Shown in pieces: positions 1 through 12,100 of a stretch of DNA of 64,000 nt. The notes under the pieces were generated by a model that was not told the DNA's origin, searched no databases, and saw nothing but the letters and a program-made list of their open reading frames with translations. Made by a program: the position numbers and the translations under genes. The stretch is from Oculina patagonica (Eukaryota): assembly GCF_052425735.1 (NCBI RefSeq), contig NC_135771.1, forward strand, positions 2,914,001 to 2,978,000. The letters run 5' to 3'. Within the stretch, counting starts at the first letter, position 1; each line of letters begins with the position of its first letter.

Positions 1-639
1 TCGGTTCATTTGACCTTTAATTCACCTGGCGTTCTATATGCAACAAAAGCGCAAAATTTCTTTCAAATAACACAGCCGCTTTTGAAACGCAAACTTTCCT
101 TCCGATACTTGCGTATAAGCTCTAAGGGTAACAAGACATCTTAGGTCTTCATCGGTTTTGAAAGTCTTAAATGCGTAAGGGCTTTATTTAACAGTTCACG
201 TATTTGCGCGTTCTACGAGAGCAAACGTCGACAAAAGATCGTTGCGAGAGATCGAAACACACAAAAGATTAATAAGCTCTAGGGGGCTTATTTCTTTTTA
301 AAACGTTTTGAGGGGCCGGGGGAGGAGTACAGGGTTGCTTGAAGTGGAGGGGGGATTAATAGATTTTTTACGGTACGTGCCCCTCCGCCCCCCCCCCCCC
401 CCTTATTTCCTTGCGCAGATGTCCTCTGAGATTGTCAGACGTTTTTCCTAAATCCTGTAAGGAAAATAGCATGGCGAGCCCAAGGTATCTCTGCTTAGGA
501 GGCCACCCTTCCCCCGATTACAAGGCTCCCTTACTCAAAAATAGCCTTAATTAAAGAAAATAAGCCAAAAGCTTATAATCAGGATTTTAAAGGAGCACGA
601 TGTGAGCGCAAATAGTAAAATATACTTTTTGCTTCATAG

Positions 640-3127
640 CATGCGGGCAGGTTGTTAATAACACCCTGACAAGTCCTGGATATCCCTACAATTACCCAAA
701 CAACATGGACTGTGTTTATTGGGTCCCTATTCCAGCTGGCAAGGCAATGAATATTTACTTCAGCGAATTTTACTTGGAGCGTTCTTCGACCTGCCGGTAA
801 GAAACGAGATAACAATCAAAATATATCCATGGAGTGAATATAAATCACTGATTAGGTCAATTCTTATTTTTTTGTTTCCACCACTTCGTTTAATGATCTA
901 AATGGATGTTTTTTCAGTGCTCAGTATATCTTACCTTTTTTCAAAACAAATTAAAATAAGCTTCAAAGTTGTAAAAACATTATGATGCAAGAAAGAGAGT
1001 ATGAAGTTGATCCCCTCTTGTGCGTAAACTAGTTTATTATTAAGCTAATGGTTCACACAAAAATTCGCTTGCCGTTGGTTGTTTTAGCGAGCATTAAAAT
1101 GATATGCAGAGAAAGATAGCACTAGGCTACCGATAGTTTGTCTTCATAATTTTGTTGTGTGCCAGGATTACTACAGTTTTGAAGGGTTAATTATCCAAAC
1201 ATTAGACTCTTTTTGTAAAATCTTCAGAAATATTTTGTCTTTCTCTTATATTACTGTTTGTTACAGCGTACAACCACCATATGCAGCAGAAAAATCTGTA
1301 AGACAGATTTTGAGCTATTTTAAAATAGGCAAAATACCACATTTTCTTATTTTGCGAAAAATTTATCTTACAGATTTGTATTTTATTTTGCATGAATGTT
1401 TAATCAGAGCCAATCTCTAATTCCTGGAATTTTGAGGTGGGGGTCATATGTTTAGATTTTGAGAAAACAGACGTCGTTCATTTTGGCTGTTTATTAGCAT
1501 TTTTATTCTTCCAATGTCGCATATGATGATTGTGCACAGTAGCAAACAGCAATAAGAGGAAGAAAAAACATTTCTGAAGATTTTACAAAAGAGTATAAAA
1601 TTGGGCTCATTTACCCCCTCAAAACCGTTATGTCTGATAGCAGAAACCGATAAGGTTTTTTGACGATATTCAACAAAGCAATCCTCATTGCTAGCCCGCA
1701 TAAATTTCTCATGGCATTGGTTCGAAGACTCTGTCAAACAATCAATTAATTTGGTGATCACCTTCTCAAATTATTATGGCTTATTTTATTCGCAGCTGGG
1801 ACTATTTGGAGATCACCAACGAAAACAATCAGACATTCGGGAAATACTGCGGCTCTAAATCTGGATTGACCGTCGTTGTAACTGGACAATACGTTGTGTT
1901 AAAGTTCCACTCTGACGGATCTTTTACCCTCAAAGGATACCGGTTAACTTTCACTGCCCTCTGTGAGTACGGTCACAGCGGATATGGTATTGACCAATTC
2001 CGAAAGTAATTTAAATTATTCACCGAAGTGGATGTGAATAATTGTTAATTCACTGACACAGAGGTGAATAATAATTGTTTAAGTATATACCACACAAGTT
2101 GAATAACTAGCGGACTAAAACACTTTCGGTAGACAAAGCGACACGGCCAGGCAGTTTGTTTCTCGTTAGCTGCTTGGAGGTGAATAGTACTTTGTAAGTC
2201 ACCTCCGAGTTTACCAAACAGCGCACGCGAAAAGCACTTTTTACTTGTGTGGTATATACTTACTACTGTTAAAGCGGTTTTAACTTGAGTGCCGAAAGTA
2301 ATTTGCGTTTGCTTTGGTTTTGCATTGCTACGCCCATTAATTGGTTTAAAAATCTCTCGCCCCTTTTCAGAAAATCAGAACCAAAACCAAAACCAATCGT
2401 GTCTCGCTCGCGCACGTTTTCCCGCGCTTCGTGCCGGCTGCATATATTGCTTCGAGTTTTGATTGGTTGACTGGATTGTCTATGTCCTTTGTGATTGGCT
2501 AGAGTGATTACTATGGTTTTGGATTTACGACACTCATTTGAAAACTGCACTAATTTTTGTCGCCCAGTTGAAACATATAGAATATATCTGTATGGAGTTT
2601 TAAAAGAAAATTAATATCATTTTGCTGTGTATAATTATGGTTTGCTGCGTTTATTATTCACTATTTTTCCGCCTTGTTTGTCTTAGCTCCAGGAAATATC
2701 AGCACATCAGCACCAAACACGACTAATCCACCATCCAGTAAGTATAGCAGGTTCGCCAGTAGACCGTGTGTGCTCAGCATTTTACCCCAAGAAAATCAAT
2801 GATTGGGTGCCCTATGATTCCATAACTAAAGAGGTAACATTTCTGGTAAATCTTTCTAAATATTTTACACGACCTCCACTCTAGCGCTCATCTTCTTCCA
2901 ACAGACACGGAACGCAGGAATTGATGTTTCTCCTAGTACTTTACCTTTGTAGAGAACTATACTGCTTTTGTTTTACGAATTGGTGTCAGTTGATCCAAAA
3001 GACTTATATCAGCTGTATAAATTTGGTTGTGTATATCTTGTCTTTTTAGTTTATTAACACTGCTATTTGATTCTTGTAGACTACACAACTAGTCCGCCTC
3101 CGCCAACTACCACCTCACCACCAAGCG
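640..3127 (+). CDS. CUB cassette unit 1 (exons A, B, linker C, linker D)
   Basis: A: CGQVVNNTLTSPGYPYNYPNNMDCVYWVPIPAGKAMNIYFSEFYLERSSTCR; B: WDYLEITNENNQTFGKYCGSKSGLTVVVTGQYVVLKFHSDGSFTLKGYRLTFTAL; C: PGNISTSAPNTTNPPS; D: YTTSPPPPTTTSPPS. Confidence 0.9.
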
Positions 3128-6100
3128 GTAAGATGGAAATTATTTTACTGACCCACGGTCGGAGCAGCTATGACTCCCACGAGGAGTTCTAAACTGGAAA
3201 CGATACAATCCATTGTTAGAAACTCACAACAACGTAAAATAATTGGTTGCTTGCTCGAACACTCGATTGTTTCGTTAAGTGGTAAGGTTACTTAGCTGTT
3301 AGCTCTGCTAAGGTTGTGAGGAGGGGGGTAGGGTTGGACGTGAAGTATTTTCTCACAGTGGTGGAGGCGAGGGTACCCTGCTGGGCTGGGTCGCTATGAT
3401 TCCTTAATTCACGTGTTGTTCTGCAACAAAAGCGCGAATTTTTTTTCAAATAACACAGGCGCTTTTGAAACGCAGACTTTCTTTCCGATGCTGTCGTATG
3501 TTCTCTTGGGGGCTTATTTCTTTTTCAGACCTTTTGAGGGGCGGGAAGGGAGGGGGGGGGACTACAGGGGTGACTAAAGAGGAGGGGGCTTAATAAGTCT
3601 TTTACGGTAAGTGCCCCTCCCTCTCCCCTAATTTCTTGCGTAGATGTCATCTGGGCTGGTCAGGCGTTTTTCCCAAATCCTGAAGGGAAAATAGCATGAC
3701 GATCCCAAAGCAACTCTGCGTAGGAGGCCACCCTTTCCCCGATTACAAGGCTCCCTCACTCAAAAAGAACCTTAATTGTAAGAAAATAAGCCCAAAGCTT
3801 ATAATCAGGATTTTAAGGGGCATGATGTGAGCGCAAATATTAAAAGATATTTTTTTGCTTTATAGTATGCGGGCAGGTTGTTAATAACACACTGACAAGT
3901 CCCGGATACCCAAACAATTACCCAAACAACATGGACTGTGTTTATAGGGTCCCTATTCCAGCTGGCAAGGCAATGAATATTTACTTCAACGAGTTTGTCG
4001 TGGAGTATCAGATATACTGCAAGTAAGGAACGAAATAACAAGCAAAATATATCCATGGAGTGAATAGAAATCACACTGATTACGTCAGTAACATTTTTAT
4101 TTTTTGTTTCCACCACTTCGTTTAATGATCTTAATGGGTTTTTCCAGTGCTCAGTATATCTTACCTTTTTTTCAAAGTGAATTAAAATAAGCTTCAAATT
4201 TGTAAAAACATTATGATGCAAGAAAGAGAGTATGACGTTGATCCCCTCTTGTGCGTAAACTAGCTCATTATTAAGCTAATGGCTCACATAAAAATTCGCT
4301 TGGCGTTGGTTGTTTTAGCGAGCATTAAAATGATATGCAGAGAAAGATAGTACTTGGCTGCCGATAGTTTGTCTTCATAATTTTGTTGTGTGGCAGGCTT
4401 ACTACAGTTTTGAGGGGTAAATTAGCCAAACATTTAAATCTTTTTGTAAAATCTTCAGAAAAATTTTGTCTTTCTCTTATTGCTGTTTGTTACAGCGTAC
4501 AGCCACCATATGCGGCAAAAAAATCTGTAAGACAGATTTTGAACTATTTTAAAATAGGCAAAACACCACATTTTCTTATTTTGCGAAAAAATTATCTTAC
4601 AGATTTGTATTTTATTTTGCATGAATGTTTAATCAGAGCCAATCTATATTTTCTGAAATTTTGAGATGGGGTCATATGTGTAGATTTTGAGAAAACCGAC
4701 ATTTAAACCGGGTACTAGTGCCCAGTCCTTTCTTAAGCACTCGGTCGTTCATTTTGGCTGTTTATTAGCATTTTTATTGTTCAAATGTCACATATGATGA
4801 CTGTGCGCAGTTACAAACAGCAATAAGAGAAAGACAAAACATTTCTAAAGATTTAACAAAAGAGTATAAAGTTGGGCTCATTTACCCCCTCAAAACCCTT
4901 ATGTCTGATAGCAGAAGCCGATAAGGTGTTTTTGCCGATATTCAACAAAGCAATCCTCAGCTCGGGAAAAACTAGAAGCATTCTATGAAGAGAAAACAAA
5001 AGGAATAATTATACGTGCACGTGCCCGATGGCACGAACATGGTGAAAAAAGTACAAAATATTTCTTGAACTTAGAGGAAAGAAATCATGTCAAGAAATGT
5101 ATACGAAAATTATACATTAATGGTGTAATTAACACAGATCCGACTTACATTTTAAGGGAACAGGAACGTTTTTATTGTGATTTATATAAAAGTGGCAATA
5201 ACGATCCAGACATTGCCCTAAAAAGGTCCACCTTTTTAGGTGATTTAAATATACCCAAACTTTCCGAGGAACAGAGAAGAGAGTGTGAGGGTAAAATCTC
5301 GCTAGAAGAATGTTCTTGTCTCCTTGATAGCTTTCGCGATAACAAAACACCAGGAAACGATGGCATTCCTATTGAATTCTATAAAAAATTCTGGCCTCTA
5401 ATTGGCGACAGTTTTATAAGATGTGCAAATGAGTGTTTTGAAAAAGGTGAGTTGTCCTGCTCCCAAAAACAAGCGGTGATCACTCTTATCGAGAAGAAAG
5501 GAAAAGATCGCTCACTCCTTGAAAATTGGCGCCCAATTTCCCTTGTTAATGTTGATACGAAAATTATGTCAAAAGTAATAGCTTCAAGAATTAAAAATGT
5601 TTTACCCGAGATTATTCATCACAACCAGACAGGATACGTCAAGGATCGCTTTATAGGCGAAACTGTTCGATCTATTTACGATGTAATGGACTACACTGTC
5701 GAAGAAAACATCCCAGGCCTCATGATTTTTATTGATTTCAAAAAAGCATTTGACAGTGTAGAGTGGGATTTTCTTTTGAAATGCCTAGAAGCTTTTAATT
5801 TTGGCCCAGACTTCATTCGCTGGGTCAAAACGTTTTATAAAAACATACAAAGCTGCACCATTAATAATGGTACTACGACCAAGTATGGACTGAAGTCTGT
5901 AAGATACTGGGCGGCGAACGCCTGGAATCAACTGCCAGACCGAGTAAGAACAATTGCTACACTACAGGCCTTTCGTAATGCTGTGCGCAGCTAGATAGTC
6001 CCTTTTTAATTTTAAAATTAATTTAATACTTATTTATTAATGAATTTTTCGTTCTGTATATATTTTTACATTTGTAATTTATTTTCTCGGCATATTAGCA

Positions 6101-9100
6101 TATGTTTTGCTAGGGGCCTAGCCAGCCCCCGTCAGCTCCGAGGGTAAATAAATTTTATTGATTGATTGATTGACTGCTTCACGATATTTTACGCTCGAGC
6201 GAGGTGTCCGGCAGGGAGATCCACTCTCCCCTTACCTTTTTATATTAGTCGTTGAAACTCTGGCAATCGCTATGCGTCAAAACAAAAGTATTAAAGGAAT
6301 AATGATCGAGAACGAGGAAACTAAGCTTTTACAATATGCAGATGATACAACTGCAGTGCTCTCAGACATTAATTCAGCAGAAACATTGTTTGAGTTATTG
6401 GATAGTTTTAAAGCGATTTCGGGACTTGAGATAAACTGTACAAAAACCGAAGGCATGTGGATTGGATCATCTAAGGAAAACAAAACGAAACCCTTCGGAA
6501 TCAAATGGCCGAATGAACCGATTAAGGCCCTTGGAGTGTATTTCACTTATGATCAGAAACTGCTTAAAGAAAAGAATTTCATTGAAAGATTGGACAGCAT
6601 CAAAAAGCTTATCAACATTTGGTCCTCAAGAGGCCTATCAATTTACGGAAAGGTGACAATTATAAAATCATTTCTAATCCCAAAATTTGTTTACACATGC
6701 TCGCTTTTGCCCACACCTAACGAATTGGTTAAACAATTGAATCAATTGCTATTTAAATTCCTGTGGAAAGGAACAGACAAAGTAACACGCTTGTCAGCAA
6801 TAAATGAATATGGGAAAGGTGGCCTAAAAATGATCGACCTAGAGAACATGGTTAAATCTTTAAGATTAGCATGGCTAAAACGAATATTTAATGGCAATGA
6901 TGGAACATGGAAGCAGTACTTAAAACACCAATTAAAATCCATTGGGGGTCTTTTCTTTTTTAATTGTAACTACGATGTTAACGATTATACAATCTCTTCC
7001 CAGTTTTATCGTGAACTGTTATTGTGGTGGTCGCAATTCCGCGAAAATTTTGCTACCGAAAGGAACTGGCAAAACATCATTTGGAATAACAAAGAAATAC
7101 GAATAGACAACAAGCCTGTTTATTACAAAAATTATGTTGAATCTGGAATCATCTGTATAAAGGATCTGCTATTCAATTTAAACAATATTGACTCCTTTGA
7201 CCGCGTTTCATATAAAATAAGTAAAACTAATTTTTTACAATGGGCAGGCCTTCGCCACTCTATACCCAACCTTTCAAAAGGTAGATATGCATGCCCGTCA
7301 CTTACATCTCCTTCATTCTTCATTGACCACAACATCTTCGACGTGAAGAAAAAGAAATCAAAAGATTATTATTCGCTTCTTGTTATGAACAAAGCACAGC
7401 CTCCTAATATTGTTCATAAATGGAAAAGCGATTTCAATATTTCGGATGATCAACTACGAGAATTTTTCACATTACCTCATTCCGTTGTACTCGAATCATA
7501 TGTAAAGGCCTTTCAGTACAAAGTACTTAACAATATTCTTTACACGAACACGAAATTACACAAAATTGGTTACAGAACAAATGATTTATGTACTTTCTGT
7601 GAGGCGGAACCAGAAACTTTGTATCACTTTTTTTACCAGTGCTCCCGCGTCAGGCAGTTTTGGAATGATTTTGAATCTTACTGGTACCTCTTATCAAATC
7701 AAGTAGTTCGTCTTACTTTGCAAAACGTTTTGTTTGGAATAATATCAAAACAATGCCCTTCACTTGATTTACTAAATTATTTTATTATTATTGGAAAATT
7801 GTTTTTGTGGGACTGCAGAAGAAACCAAACATATCCTAAAATTCAAGGTTATCAGAACAAAATACTTACTAAATATGAAACTGAAAAGAAAATTAATAAG
7901 AAAAGATATTTCGAAAAGAAGTGGATATATTCTCCCAGATAATAAGTAAGGAATTATAGTGCTAGATTCGCTTTTTTTTTTTTTTCGTGTGTTTGTTGCT
8001 TATTTCTCTTTGTTGCGTGTATTAATTTCGATTATTAAAAGTCCAAACTATTGATGTAAACTTGCTATATGGAAATTATTATCATCTGTTACTTAATTGT
8101 AAATTAACACTTGTTACTTTTTTTTATTCCAATCACCTATGTAATGCTAAGTGTGTAAATATCAATAAAGGAAAAAATTAAAAAAAAAAAAAAAAACAAA
8201 AAAAAAACAAAGCAATCCTCATTGCTAGTCCGCATAAATTTCTCATGGCATTGGTTCGAAGACTCTGTCAAGGAATCAATCAATTTGGTGATCATCTTCT
8301 AAAAATTATTATGGCTTATTTTATTCGCAGCTATGACTATTTGGAGATCACCAACGAAAACAATCAGACATTTGGGAAATACTGCGGCTCTAGATCTGGA
8401 TTGACCGTCGTTGTAACTGGGCAATACGTTGTGTTAAAGTTCCACTCTGATCGCTCTTTTACCTACAAAGGATACCGGTTAACTTTCAGTGCTTTCTGTA
8501 AGTACGGTCACATACAGCGCATATGGTATTGACCCATTCCGAAAAGAATTAACAATTATTCACCGAAGTGGACGTGAATAATTGTTAATTCACTGACACT
8601 GAGGTGAATAATAGTTGTTTAAGTAAGTCTTTAAGTATATACTACACAAGTTGAATAACTAGCGGACTAAAACACATTCGGTAAACAAAGCGACACGCCA
8701 AGGCAGTTTGTTTCTCTTTAGCTGCTCAGAGGTGAATAGTACTGAGCTAATTGCCTCCGAGTTTACCAGTTAGCGCGCGCAAAAAGCACTATTCACTTGT
8801 GCGGTATATACTAACTACTGTTAATTTTTGTCGCCCAGTTGAACCATATAGAATATATATATCTGTATCCACCACCAGTAAGTATAGTAGGTTCGCCAGT
8901 AGACCGTGTGTGCTCAGCATTTCACCCCAAGTAAAAAAAAAATGATTGGATGCCTAATGATTCCATAACTAAAAGAGGTTACATTTCTGGTAAATCTTTC
9001 TAAAAATTCTACACGACCTCCACTCTAGCGCTCATCTTCTTCCAACAGACACGAAACGCAGGAATTGATCTTTGTCTTTTCGTTTTACGAATTGGTGTCA

Positions 9101-12100
9101 GTTGATCCAAAAGACATATATTAGCTGTATAAATTTGGTTGTGTATATCTTGTCTTTTTAGTTTAATAAGACTGCTATTTGATTCTTGTAGACTACACAA
9201 CTAGTCCGCCACCGCCAACTACCACCGCACCACCAAGAGGTAAGATGGAATTTATTTTAACTTACTAACAGTTACTGACCTACGGTCGGAGCAGCTATGA
9301 CTCCACGAGGAGTTCTAAACTGGAAACGATACAATCCATCCTTAGAAACTCACAACAACGTAAAACAATTGGTCGCTTGCTCGAACACTCGTTTGTTTCG
9401 TTAAGTGGTAAGGTTACTTATCTGTTAGCTCTGCTAAGGTTATGAGGAGGGGGAAGGGTTGGGGGTGAAGTACTTTCTCACCGTGGTGGAGGCGAGGGTA
9501 CCCTGCTGGGCTGGGTCGCTATGTTTCCTTAATTCACGTGTTGTTCTGCAACAAAAGCGCGAATTTTTTTTTCAAATAACACAGGCGCTTTTGAAACGCA
9601 GACTTTCTTTCCGATGCTGCCGTATGTTCTCTTGGGGGCTTATTTCTTTTTCAGACCTTTTGAGGGGCGGGAAGGGAGGGGGGGGGGGACTACAGGGGTG
9701 ACTAAAGAGGAGGGGGCTTAATAGGTCTTTTACGGTAAGTGCCCCTCCCCTAATTTCTTGCGCATGCGCAGATGTCATCTGGGCTGGTCAGGCGTTTTTC
9801 CCAAATCCTGAAGGGGAAAATAGCATGACGATCCCAAAGCAACTCTGCGTAGGAGGCCACCCTTTCCCCGATTACAAGGCTCCCTCACTCAAAAAGAACC
9901 TTAATTGTAAGAAAATAAGCCCAAAGCCTATAATCAGGATTTTAAGGGACATGATGTGAGCGCAAATATTAAAATATATTTTTTTGCTTTATAGTATGCG
10001 GGCAGGTTGTTAATAACACACTGACAAGTCCCGGATACCCAAACAATTACCCAAACAACATGGACTGTGTTAACTGGGTCCCTATTCCAGCTGGCAAGGC
10101 AATGAATATTTACTTCGACGAGTTTGTCGTGGTGTATGGATGGAGGTGCCGGTAAGAAACGAGATAACAATCAAAATATATCCATGGAGTGAATAGAAAT
10201 CACACTGATTAAGTCAATAACATTTTTATTTTTTGTTTCCACCACTTCGTTTAATGATCTTAATGGGTTTTTCCAGTGCTCAGTATATCTTACCTTTTTT
10301 TCAAAGTGAATTAAAATAAGCTTCAAATTTGTAAAAATATTATGACGCAAGAAAGAGAGTATGAAGTTGATCCCCTCTTTTGCGTAAACTAGCTCATTAT
10401 TAAGCTTATGGTTCACATAAAGAATTCGCTTGCCGTTGGTTGTTTTAGCGAGCAAATGATATGCAAAGAAAGATAGTACTTGGCTGCCGATAGTTTGTCT
10501 TGATAATTTTGTTGTGTGGCAGGCTTACTACAGTTTTGAGGGGTAAATTAGCCAAATATCTAAATGTTTTTGTAAAATATTCAGAAATATTTTGTCTTTC
10601 TCTTATTGCTATTTTTTGAGCTATTTTAAAATAGGCAAAACACCACATTTTCCTATTTTGCGAAAAAACTGTTTTCCAGATTTGTATTTTATTTTGCATG
10701 AATGATTAATCAGAGCCAATCTCTAATTTCTGAAATTTTGAGATGTGAAATGTTTAGATTTTAAGAAAACCGACGTTAAAACTACTAGTGCCCAGTTCTC
10801 TCTTAAGCACTCGGTCGTTCATTTTGGCTGTTTACTAGCATTTTTATTGTTCAAATGTAGCGTATGATGGTTATACGCAGTAACAAACAGCAATAACAAA
10901 CAGCAAAGAAAGAGAAAACATTTCTGAAGATTTTACAAAAGAGTTTAAAGTTGGGATCATTTTCCTCCTCAAAACCCTTATGTCTGATATCAGAAGCCCA
11001 TAAACTGTTTCTGCCGATATTCAACAAAGCAATCCTCCTTGCCAGTCTTCAAAGAGTTCTCAGGTATATATAGGTATGTGCCGCTGTACATGTGAAGGGT
11101 ATGGGTTTCAAGCAGTTTAGTCTGGGATAGGGTACAGAATAAGAGAGTTTTGGTCTAGAATAGGGTATCATTTGCCGGGAAACTGATCAGTGGTATGAAG
11201 AATGAAGTCCAGAATAGGAATAAAATCTCGGAAGAGAAAGAGGCTTTCCTAAACGTAAATAAAATCATCGCGGCAACGTCGCTGACAGATGGTTTTCAAA
11301 AACACTAAATAGTGATACAGTTCTAAATTAAAAAAGCAAGTATGTGATAGGGTAGGGATTTCTGGTGTCCAGTCTGGTATAGGGTTGCAAAATCAGCTGA
11401 ACATGGTCTGGTATAGGGTAAGGGTTTCAGAGTCTTAGCGGCACACCCTCAGCCCCCCAAAAAGAATACCCCCCTCCCCGGGTGGTTCGAAGACTCTGAC
11501 AAAGAATCAATTAACTTGGTGATCATCTTCTCAAATTATTATGGCTTATTTCCTGCGTAGCTATGACTATTTGGAGATCACCAACGAAAACAATCAGACA
11601 TTCGGGAAATACTGTGGCTCTAGATCTGGATTGAACGTCGTTGTAACTGGACAATACGTGGTGATAAAGTTCCACTCTGACGCGTTTGTTACCAACAAAG
11701 GATACCGGTTAACTTTCAGTGCCTTCTGTAAGTACGGTCACAGCGCATATGGTATTGACCCATTCCGAAAAGAATTAACAATTATTCACCGAAGTGGACG
11801 TGAATAGTGGAGGATATTTACCTCGCCGCGACTGACTTGTTTTAGTACATACCACACAAGTTGAATAACTAGCGGACTAAAACACTTTCGGTAAACAAAG
11901 CGACACGCCAAGGCAGTTTGTTTCTCTTTAGCTGCTCGGAGGTGAATAGTACTTTGTTAATCACCTCCGTGGTAATCAATCAGCGCGAAAAGCACTAGTC
12001 ACTTGTGTGGTATATACTAACTACTGTTAATTTTTGTCGCCCAGTTGAAACATATAGAATATATATCTGTATCCACCATCCAGTAAGTATAGCAGGTTCG

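Noticed and set aside
5065-7942. Two separate RT genes or a programmed frameshift
   Set aside because: A single L1 ORF2 split by a 298-bp nested insertion; removing it restores the frame exactly.
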